DNA of 63,765 bases, filler included, from Octopus bimaculoides (taxonomy: Eukaryota): the NCBI RefSeq assembly GCF_001194135.2. It is 8 parts of 6 records of this genome, joined end to end, with 100 filler letters (N's around TTAATTAATTAA, not from the genome) between each part and the next. Parts side by side here need not be neighbours in the genome. Positions count along the whole stretch, not along the records: positions 54,149 to 56,311 come from NW_026363081.1; positions 56,412 to 58,576 come from NW_026384658.1; positions 58,677 to 61,270 come from NC_068986.1; positions 61,371 to 63,765 come from NW_026338305.1; 4 more parts are not named here. One strand, 5' to 3'. Below the pieces are notes generated by a model. The model was given only the letters and a program-made list of their open reading frames with translations, was not told where the DNA came from and searched no databases. Made by a program: the position numbers and the translations under genes. Numbering within the stretch: the first letter of the stretch is position 1; every line of letters begins with the position of its first letter. Shown one piece after another: positions 54,215-63,765 of the stretch.

Positions 54215-55130
54215 TTGTAAACAGCAAAGAAGACCTGCTACAGTATGCTGCTAGTGAAGAAGGATTTAACACAAATGGACTTGAGAAGAGTGCTCATGAA
54301 TTCAGATCAAGAACAGCCAACGAGAGTGAAGAAACCCTACTCCGTATGGAATTACATGGTCAGTTCCACCGTAAAACCAACAAATTAAAAGACCAAGAAG
54401 CATCATGGAGGTGGCCCAACAAGGATGACCTAAAAAAGAATACTGAAAGCCTAATCATCGCAGCCCAAGACCAGGCATTGAATACCAACTCAGTGAAAAG
54501 GAATATATACCACACATGTGCATCGGACCTCTTCAGAGACACGACAAAGTAGCCCAAAACCTCCACTGGCTACTATGCCGTAAGTATGGTATGAGGTTAC
54601 GGGTGATTGGTACCAAAATACACTGGAAAATGTGATGGACGAAAGGGGAAGGCAAAAATTCTCTGGGACTTTGATTTTCAGACAAAGTGTTAGAGCACCG
54701 AAGGACGGATATAGTAACGTTTAGGAGGGACAAACAAGAGTGCCTAACAAGAGGGGCAAACAAGAGTGTCAGGAGATCAACACATCATCATGAAAGGAAG
54801 AGAAAAGGTTGATAAATATGGATACCTGAGAATTGAGATCGCTAAGGTGTGGCAGCTACGTGAGTCGAACTTAAAGGTTATCCTTATGGTCATCGGAGTA
54901 TTGGGTTCAATACCACCCAATCTGAAAAAGCATCTGAAAACCTTAGAAATACCCTACACCCTAGATGTATTGCAAATATTGACATTACTTGGAACTGCAC
55001 GCATATTGCGTAAATCACTGTCTGTCTGAGGTCCTTGTTGTGACTTGACAAAAAGTACAAGCCCCTGTAGACACAATATCTTCAATCAACACCCACACGA
55101 TATTGTATACAGCACTACATCTATAGTGAT
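54215..55130 (+). mobile_element. RLE-class non-LTR retrotransposon 3' fragment (R4/Dong-like)
   Basis: LHGQF...LKKNTESLIIAAQDQALNT...KILWDFDFQT..LEHRR.DIV...GDQHIIMK.REKVDKY..L..EIAK.W...V..MVIGVLGSIP...LGTARILRKSLSV*. The CCHC region is deleted, and the fragment sits between (TAA)n and (TAA/TAG)n. Confidence 0.88.
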
Positions 55131-55138
55131 AATAATGA

Positions 55139-55176
<38 letters not shown>

Positions 55177-55693
55177 NNNNNNNNNNTTATACGTCTATAC
55201 GGCCAAATTGCGTCATCAGTGTTTCGTTAATCAATGATTTTCCGTATCAGTAGAACTTTACCAATGACTTTTCTTTTGTGTCTGTTACCGTTCCACTTCA
55301 AAGGAAGTCAGTGTCATACGGAATGTAGACGGGATTTCTTTATCTTTTAACTTTTATTTCCATTGATATATTTTTGGCATCTTTTCTCATTTCTATATTC
55401 CTGCACTTCCGTGTCCTTCTTTCTCAATGGAATGTTAAAAATAACTTTATGGTATAGTCGTAAAACAAAAGAAAAACTGAAGATTATCCAGCAGTGCTCG
55501 GAGTCTACTCACCTGAAAACGGGCAACTATACAGTTATTTTTAAATCATGTTAATGCAATAATGTGTATGATGTATGTAACTTCCAGCAATCACCAGCTG
55601 ATAATGATGCACTGAAACAATTGTAGTGATTAGTAATAAAAGTTGTTTATTCCATCTTCTCATATTGAAACTTATTAAACACACTCATACATA

Positions 55694-55773
<80 letters not shown>

Positions 55774-56086
55774 TGTGTGTGTGTGTGTGTCTGTGTCTGT
55801 GTGTGCGTGTGAGCGCACAGATAGCGCAAATATATTATGAATGTCTTCGGACGGCAGAGTCCATAGACTTGTGGATATAATATTTTTAAGTACATAAGTA
55901 TTTATTCATGTCTTTACGTTCTGAGTTTAAATACATTCAAGGTAAACTTTGATTTTTAAAATCAGTAAAATAAGTAATCTCAAGAACATCGATTATTTCT
56001 TCCCACAAAATGGATGACTTGATGCCAACTTAAGTTTGTGTATGTTTGTGTATATGAATGCGCATAAGGATCATTTGTGCACGTAC

Positions 56087-56265
56087 CTCATCAACTGAAA
56101 GATGGTCCCAGAAATCGAGAATAGTATGTCGGAAGAAGTTAGGACAGAAGCTACCTCTGCATTCGTCCACATTCCAGGACGAAGGACTTCCTATGTTATT
56201 AAAGGAATCATAGACTTTCGAACCAGCACCCATTGATAAGGCATATGCTTTGATCCATTGACTAT
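56087..56265 (-). CDS. Internal coding exon (phase 1 to phase 0) of an uncharacterised, probably extracellular invertebrate protein
   Basis: Acceptor (tta)n-tttcag, donor GAG|gtacgt, 179 nt open: xSQWIKAYALSMGAGSKVYDSFNNIGSPSSWNVDECRGSFCPNFFRHTILDFWDHLSVDE. From memory, the W...G.G..VYD...R..ILD.W...DEV pattern resembles a recurrent mollusc/amphioxus domain; this was not checked against a database. Confidence 0.65.
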
Positions 56266-56269
56266 CTGA

Positions 56270-56311
<42 letters not shown>

Positions 56312-56411
56312 NNNNNNNNNNNNNNNNNNNNNNNNNNNNNNNNNNNNNNNNNNNNTTAATTAATTAANNNNNNNNNNNNNNNNNNNNNNNNNNNNNNNNN
56401 NNNNNNNNNNN

Positions 56412-58530
56412 ACGTGAGTACCTACGTACGTATGTATGGATGTACGTACGTACCTAGGTACGTAAATACGTACGTATGTATGTATGTACTTACGTACCTA
56501 CGTACTTATGTAAATATGTACGTATGTACCTATATACGTATGTATGGATGTACGTACGTACCTACGTACGTGTGTATGGATGTACGTGCTTATGGATGTC
56601 CGTACGAACCTACGTACGTACTGTATAGATGTGCGTACGTACCTACGTATGTATGTATGGATGTACGTTCGTAGGTATGTATGTATGGTTTAACGTACGT
56701 ACCTACATACGTATGTATGTATGTACGCACGTACCTACGTATGTATCTATGTATGTACGTACGCACCTCCGTACGTATATATGGATGTACGTACGTGCCT
56801 ACGTAAGTATGTAGGGAGGCAAGTACGTGCCTAAGTAGGTATGTATGGATGTACGGACGTACATATGTACGTATGTATGGATGTACGTACGTGACTATGT
56901 ACGTATGTATGTACGTGCCTACGTACGCATATATGGATGTACGTACGTACCTACGTACGTACGTATATATGTACGTACGTACCTATATACGTATGTATGG
57001 ATGTACGTACGTNNNNNNNNNNTACCTATATACGTATGTATGGATGTACGTACGTACCTACGTACGTATGTAGGGATGTAGGTACGTGTAGATATACGTA
57101 CTATCTACGTACGTACCCACGTACGTAATGTATGGATAAACGTACATACGTATGTAACTACGTATGTAAGGATGTACTATATATGGATGTACTATGTATG
57201 GATGTACTATGAATGGATGTACTATGAATGGATGTACTATGTATGGATGTACTATGTATGGATGTACGTAGTGCCTACGTGAATATGTAGAGTAAGTACG
57301 TATGGATGTACGCATGTACATACGTATGTATGTATGGATGTACGAACGTGCCTACCAAAGTATGTATGGATGTACGTACGTGTCTACGTACGTATGTATG
57401 TACGTACGTGCCTACGTACGCATGTAAGGATGTACGTACGTATGGATGTACGTACGCATCTACGTATGTATATATGGATGTACGTACGTGCCTACGTACG
57501 CATGTATGGATGTACGTACGTAAGTGCGTACTATGTATGGATGTACGTACATATGGATGTACGTACGTTTCTACGTACGTAATATATGGATGTACGTACG
57601 TACCTACATATGTATGGATTTACGTACGTACCTACGTATNNNNNNNNNNNNNNNNNNNNNNNNNNNNNNCCTACGTATGCATGGATGGATGTACGTATGT
57701 AGCTACGTATGTATGTATTGATGTACGTACGTACCTACGTATGTATGTATGTACCTACGTATGTATGTATGGATGTAAGTACTTGCCTACGTACGTATGT
57801 ATGGATTTACGTACGTACCTACGTAGTACGTATGGACGTACGTACGTACCTACATACGTATATATGTACGTACGTACCTACGTACGTATCTATGTATGTA
57901 CGTACGCACCTCCGTACGTATGTATGGATGTACGTATGTGCCTACGTAAATATGTAGGGAGGCACGTATGTGCCTAAGTACATATGTATGGATGTACGTA
58001 CGTATGTATGGATTATGTACGTGCCTACGTACGTATGTATGTATGTATTACGTGCCTACGTACGCATGTATGGATGTACGTGCGTGTCTACGTACGTATG
58101 TATGGATGTACTTACGTACCTACGTACGCAATGTATGTATGTATGTACGTATGTATGGATGTACGTACGTATGTATGAATGTACGTACGTACCTTCGTAC
58201 GTATGTATGGATGTATGTACGTACCTACGTACGTACCTCCGTACGTATGGATGTACTACGTGCCTACGTAAGTATGTTTGGATGTACGTACGTACATACG
58301 TATGTATATATGGCTGTACGTAGTGCCTACGTAAGTATGTATGGATGTACGTACGTGCCTACGTACGTATGCATGTATGTACGTACGGGCTTACGTAGTC
58401 ATGTATGGATGTATCACGTACCTACGTACATATGTATGGATGTACGTACGTACCTACGTTCGTATGCATGGATTTACGTACGTACCTACGTATGTATGTA
58501 TGGATGTATTACCTACCTACGTATGTATCT
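56412..58530. repeat. CpG-rich satellite built from TACG/TATG, with a higher-order unit of about 32 bp (ATGTATGGATGTACGTACGTACCTACGTACGT)
   Basis: The ATGGATGTACG anchor recurs throughout; a 15-bp subrepeat GGATGTACTATG(T/A)AT occurs at about 57170-57265. Confidence 0.9.
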
Positions 58531-58684
58531 TTTTTCAAATCAAACTCTACCATCATTTAGAAAATGTGTTACTGAGNNNNNNNNNNNNNNNNNNNNNNNN
58601 NNNNNNNNNNNNNNNNNNNNTTAATTAATTAANNNNNNNNNNNNNNNNNNNNNNNNNNNNNNNNNNNNNNNNNNNNCAGTAACT

Positions 58685-58955
58685 GCACGATAAAGTGTAG
58701 TATATTGCCACTTAAGTGTGGCTGACCCCAAGGATCAGTGGCTATCGAACGCCGACGAAGGGAAATAACCCTGAAATCCGGATCCGTTCGTGCTACAGAT
58801 CATGGTGAGAGGGATAACTTCCCTTGACAAACAGGACACAGTAGTGTGTCGATAAGCCAGCTGGAGGAGATGTCCTCCTGGGGCTAAAAGCAACAGTAAC
58901 ATCCACCCCTAGGGGTCAGCCACACTTAAGTGGCAATACACTACACTTTATCGTG

Positions 58956-58956
<1 letters not shown>
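58685..58956 (+). mobile_element. PLE pseudo-LTR (family P1) bracketed by 45-bp inverted repeats
   Basis: Arms 58685-58729 and 58912-58956 match at 44/45. The interior holds a hammerhead and the reverse complement of the 31580/48655 repeat. Confidence 0.88.
58746..58790 (+). ncRNA. Minimal type-I hammerhead ribozyme, intact fold
   Basis: Stem I CGAACG/CGUUCG (6 bp), core CCGACGA, stem II AGGG-AAAUAA-CCCU, GAAA, palindromic stem III UCCGGA, triplet AUC, predicted cut after 58784. Confidence 0.8.
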
Positions 58957-58991
<35 letters not shown>

Positions 58992-59094
58992 TGTGTCTGT
59001 GGGTGTTTGTGTGTATAGATATATATATATGTATGTATATATGTATGAATGTACGTATGCATGTTTGTATATATCTATGTGTGTGTATCTGTGT

Positions 59095-59300
59095 TAGCGT
59101 TTTCTCCATCACCGCTTGACAACCGGTGTTGGTGTGTTGACGTCCCTGTAACTTAGCAGTTAGGCTTAAGGAGCGGTGAATAAGTACTAGGCTTTATATT
59201 ATAAGTTCTGGGGTCGATTTGTTCGACTAAAATCCTTCAAGGCGGTGCTCCAGCATGGTTGCAGTCAAATGACTAAAACAATGAAAAGAATAAAAGAATA
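59095..59300 (+). mobile_element. SINE family A, 3' half
   Basis: ACCGCTTGACAACCGG...AAGGCGGTGCTCCAGCATGG...ATGACTAAAACAA. Confidence 0.85.
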
Positions 59301-60277
59301 TATATAAGTGATTATTTTTTTAACAATATTTTTAAAAAAAGCAATAGTGCTTTTGAAGATAAATTATGTGATATACATACATAGACTCGCACATACACAT
59401 ATACGCACACTTGTGCATACATACACACACGTACACACTCTTACATACACACTTCTAAACACATACACGCATATGACAATTTTAAATACTCTTTTACTCT
59501 TGTAATTGTTTCAGTCATTAGACTGGTGACATGCTGGAGCACCGCCTAAAAGAATTTTAGTGGAATTAATCGATCCCGGCGCAGTTTTTTTTTTTTTTGT
59601 TTTCTTTTTGAAGTTTGGTACATATTTTATGGTTCTCAAATGCCGATTTTATGGTTCTCAAATGCATATATAGAGGGTCGTTACATTTCCATTTATTCTT
59701 TACAGATTAATAGACTTGCGTAACAGTAAAAAATGCTGATCGTCTCCCTACATAAAATAAAGACATATTTTCTTCCGACTCATAACCATGTGAGTTCAAT
59801 CTTCGCCGTGGTAAAGTTTCTCTGTTTTCCATTTTTGTGTCGATTAAATCCACTTGAACACATACCTTCTGCGTCAATCAAAAATTAATACAAATTACGA
59901 AAGGGTAGAATTATTAGAGTTTCGGGAAAATGTGCCTTGCAATATATGCTTCTACGTCCAGAGTTCAAACCATGCGAGATCACCTTTGTCTTTCTAATTT
60001 TTCGTTTTCGATGACGTGAAATACTAGGGTCGATGTTTTCAACCAGGACCCCGCCCCCTAACGAAATTGTTGACCATGTGACTACTACTACTTGCAGAAG
60101 TACGTTTTTTTTTTTTACGTTTTGTTTTACGAATTTACGATCAATCTCCTGAAGTAGAGAAATATATTTTTTGGCAATTCATATCCCTCCCTTGAAGCTA
60201 GCATTTTAGTCACAACGGTTTCAACTCTCATCACCAATACATTTATACATACATATACATATATATACTTATATATA

Positions 60278-60349
<72 letters not shown>

Positions 60350-60399
60350 CTCTAAAGGGTGCATAAATAATAAATATATATATATATATACGAATATAT

Positions 60400-60432
<33 letters not shown>

Positions 60433-61108
60433 CACATACACACACACATATATATATATATATNNNNNNNNNNNNNNNNNNNNNNNNNNNNNNNNNNNNN
60501 NNNNNNNNNNNNNNNNNNNNNNNNNNNNNNCATAAGTATGTATATATGTATATACATACATATATATGAATGCACAAAGACACTCACACTCATGTGTACA
60601 TAAACATGTATATATATATGCGTACAAGAAAAAATGCCTCATAAGGTAAAAAGACTTTAAAAACTAGCATTTTAATCTCGGGCTTCTGCACGGTGTATAA
60701 TTTTATAACAGATCTTTTTATAGATGCAATATTTATTTATTTCTGTATCTGTTTATTTCTTCATGCGTCGATGCATTTATTTGTTTTGTATTTGGGAGTT
60801 GCTATGTCATACCAGATTTCACCTTGTGCTATACAATCTACGTCTCAACACTGTTCATATGTAATGAGAAAATATGAACTCCTATTGGAATTTACATACC
60901 ATGGACAAGAAGCATTTCTACCACTTCTACACACCACTTTTCTTTGAGAATGGAACTGCAAATATAACATATTTATATACTATATATTTTTGTTTTTATT
61001 TCTACATTCGTTCCTCTATTTCCCTTTATACTCCTTATTTCCGTCCTTCTCCAAAATAACTCCTTATAGTGATCTCTAATATGTCCATCTATTTAAGCAT
61101 CTCACATC

Positions 61109-61156
61109 GTCTCTGATGAAGGGATATCCCTAATATTACAGAAACAGCTGTAAGAC
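61109..61156 (+). ncRNA. Minimal hammerhead motif, family P2
   Basis: GUCU-CUGAUGA-AGGGAUAUCCCUAAUAUUACA-GAAA-CAGCUG-UA|AGAC. The core is canonical and stem I is perfect, but 9 extra nt follow the stem II hairpin. Confidence 0.65.
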
Positions 61157-61227
61157 TAACTTTCTCTTTATAAATGTCCTGAAAATTCCACACAGTCTTG
61201 GCGTTTTTTGTCTCATTTTATTTTATT

Positions 61228-61270
<43 letters not shown>

Positions 61271-61431
61271 NNNNNNNNNNNNNNNNNNNNNNNNNNNNNN
61301 NNNNNNNNNNNNNNTTAATTAATTAANNNNNNNNNNNNNNNNNNNNNNNNNNNNNNNNNNNNNNNNNNNNAGGCAAAGTCGACCTCGGCGGAATTTGAAC
61401 TCAGAACGTAAAGATAGACGGAATCCGCTAA

Positions 61432-61708
61432 ATCAAAGTATAAAGTATTAAACATCTATTACAGCCGAACTTACCAATCCGTTTCACATTGGGTATTAAA
61501 ACAGATTGTTAGACAATAGCATGCTTAAATTATACCACACACTCTTCGTTTATGACAGAGATAGAAAACATATGTTAACTGCACCATACCTACTATCTCT
61601 GAAGAGCGTGTGGTATTACTTAAACGTGATGTTAACTAAGAAACGGTTTTAATACCCAGTTTGAAACCAAACTGTAAGATCGGCCGTAATGAATATATAA
61701 ACTTTGAT
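61432..61708. mobile_element. Inverted repeat (arms about 61432-61547 and 61601-61708) with a hammerhead motif in the right arm
   Basis: Shared blocks ATTAC(A/G)GCCGA(A/T)CTTAC, GTTTCA(C/A)A(T/C)TGGGTATTAAAAC and ATACCACAC(A/G)CTCTTC lie in opposite orientation. The right arm reads AUCU-CUGAAGA-[GGUAUUA..UAAUACC]-GAAA-CCAAACUG-UA|AGAU (61595-61680). Confidence 0.75.
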
Positions 61709-61758
61709 TAATATACTCACTCTATTGATAAATATTTTCTCTGACTTACGAATTCTGA

Positions 61759-61852
<94 letters not shown>

Positions 61853-62435
61853 GTGTGTGTGTATATGTATGTATATATATATACGTATATATATATGTAT
61901 ACATATATAAACACATATACATACATACACATATATGCGTGAGTGTATGTATGTATCTATATGCTTGTCTAGATATATTATATCGGTGTGTGTATATTTA
62001 TGCATATATTTTTTTTTATTTGTTTTTTTTAAGTTTCAGCTTAGAGCTGCGGCCATGCTGATGCACCATATAGATATATATATATTCATACCTACATATA
62101 TATATATATATTTATATGTGTATGTATANNNNNNNNNNNNNNNNNNNNNNNNNNNNNNNNNNNNNNNNNNNNNNNNNNNNNNNNNNNNNNNNNNNNNNNN
62201 NNNNNNNNNNNNNNNNNNNNNNNNNNNNNNNNNNNNNNNNNNNNNNNNNNNNNNNNNNNNNNNNNNNNNNNNNNGTATGTATGTATGTATGAATGTATCT
62301 ATCTATCTATCTATCTATTTATATTATATGTGTTGCGTTGATTACTTTTTGCTCTCTATAGAAGCAGACGAACTGGTAAAGAATGCCAGGAGTATGTTTT
62401 TATTCAAAATTTTCCAACTTCTCTGCATTATTTAC

Positions 62436-62523
62436 AGCCGACAACGGCAGGTAAACTCGTTTTTGCATTGTTTTGTCCTTTTACATTTGTAACACTGGAC
62501 AGATGTTGCATGAATTGGCAAGT
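62436..62523 (-). CDS. Candidate Cys-rich exon, 88 nt (xLPIHATSVQCYKCKRTKQCKNEFTCRCR)
   Basis: Acceptor atcatttttag, donor CT|gtaaat, five Cys in 28 codons. Its exit phase does not match the 56087 exon directly. Confidence 0.3.
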
Positions 62524-63007
62524 CTAAAAATGATACGAAGACAGGATGATTCTACATTCCATCAGTATTGCGTTGTTACGAAGTTAAACACTGCCTTGAA
62601 CCCACGATCACATTAGGCCGAGACAGATTCCGGTTTTCTGTGATATACAAGAGAACGAGAGTACAAAACCGCCGCCTACACCTTATTTATATGGATACCC
62701 AGTCAGGTTAAAGCTGCTTCTTTTCTGGTGATGACTAATGGTACTCATTTCATATGTGAAGAGTGAAAAAAACGAGAAATAAAATATAATGTACTGGGCA
62801 CCAACAATACCCACCAGCCTGTACTGTAAACGAAATCACGACCTTATGCCTGTAAGGTCAGCATCTGTAACCAGTCGGCCACATACCTTGGTATGTTCGA
62901 AGATTTAAATAAATAAAAAATATCAGGGAAAAATTTGAATAGCTCTGGCTACGCTGAAGCACCGCCCCAAAAAAGAAAAATGGTAAACGAAATATCTGTA
63001 AAAGATA

Positions 63008-63165
63008 GGCGCAAGCGTGGCTCTGTGATAAGAAGCTTGCTTCCTAACCACACGGTTCTGGGTTCAATCCCACTGCGTGGCACTTTGGGCAAGCGTCTTC
63101 AACTATAGCCTCAGACCGACCAAAGCCTTGCGAGTGGATTTAGTAGATGAAAACTGAAAGAAGAG
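63008..63165 (+). mobile_element. SINE family A, 5' half
   Basis: Head and body as in 14338-14480. Confidence 0.88.
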
Positions 63166-63670
63166 ACGCTGTATTGCTGGCTGGTCGACATGGACTTGTC
63201 TCTCCAATCACACCGATTTGGTTGGGTTAATGATTAATATGGCCGCCACACTATTCCTTACAGTACCAACCACTTCCACTTTTCAATATGGTCTACACCA
63301 TAACGGAATCGACATCTGCAGGTGCCGACACGCCTCTCCCGCGTTGTAGCTGGAGCATAAAAACCCCTCAATACGTCCAGCTTCGGCAGCAGTGGCTCAG
63401 TTCCCAAAGCGTAGAGAAGCGATAAGAAGAGTTAATCTTGACAGAACGAGAGCATGATTATTTCCAAGACTTTCAATAATTGTTCATTTACACCTCCACA
63501 GGTGCACAGAACTGGTGTCGCTGACAATACAGTAATGCAGCCCCTAAATCCTGGAACCCAAAACGATTGCGTGAAGCAAAAACACCAGTTCTATCCATCC
63601 ATATAGAAACCACTCAAACCCTATCGTTGCCTTTGTCCCTCACTTTGAGTTCGTCCACAACTTTGAGATC

Positions 63671-63765
63671 GTCCTCCATCTTGTTTTTGTCCTCCATCTT
63701 GTTTTTGTCCTCCATCTTGTTTTTGTCCTCCACTTGTTTTTGTCCTCCACTTGTTTTTGTCCTCC
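63671..63765. repeat. 17/18-bp tandem repeat GTCCTCCA(T)CTTGTTTTT running off the window end
   Basis: Three 18-mers followed by two 17-mers. Confidence 0.9.

Noticed and set aside
55400-55515. Acceptor ttttcag|GTGAGT as the next exon after 56087
   Set aside because: The phase-0 frame stops after 21 codons with no expected domain continuation.
56412-58530. Regularly spaced repeats that could be mistaken for a CRISPR array
   Set aside because: There are no unique spacers; it is a eukaryotic satellite.
59790-59875. Possible minus-strand exon (EGMCSSGFNRHKNGK...) or AAG micro-exon
   Set aside because: It overlaps a decayed SINE-B-like sequence and has no convincing matching splice pair.
62349-62450. 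Plus-strand mini-exon candidates (SRRTGKECQ and a 13-nt segment)
   Set aside because: Too short to support, and they overlap the better minus-strand candidate.

Overview
This is AT-rich, heavily gapped eukaryotic DNA dominated by microsatellites (TA, CA, GATA, CATA, CAT, TAA, TACG). The tRNA-derived SINE families look like those I recall from octopus genomes; the species assignment is an inference. No complete gene is visible, and nearly all ORFs in the supplied track are microsatellite or N-gap artefacts. Supported content: (1) many copies of three SINE families, called A, B and C here; (2) decayed autonomous elements, namely a Penelope-like (PLE) RT fragment, two RLE-type non-LTR 3' ends embedded in microsatellites, a CR1/L2-like 3' end, a maT/Tc1-mariner deletion derivative, a mariner end and a MITE; (3) one fairly convincing minus-strand coding exon (56087-56265) and several weaker exon candidates; (4) seven TTAATTAATTAA assembly spacers that make order and orientation across them uncertain. 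The most interesting signal is about ten minimal type-I hammerhead-ribozyme motifs (core C[U/C]GANGA...GAAA, palindromic stem III) in PLE pseudo-LTR-like repeats. Several lie in inverted-repeat structures (49.0-49.6, 58.7-59.0 and 61.4-61.7 kb). Every minus-strand copy has an obvious defect, while every plus-strand copy keeps a cleavable NUH triplet.
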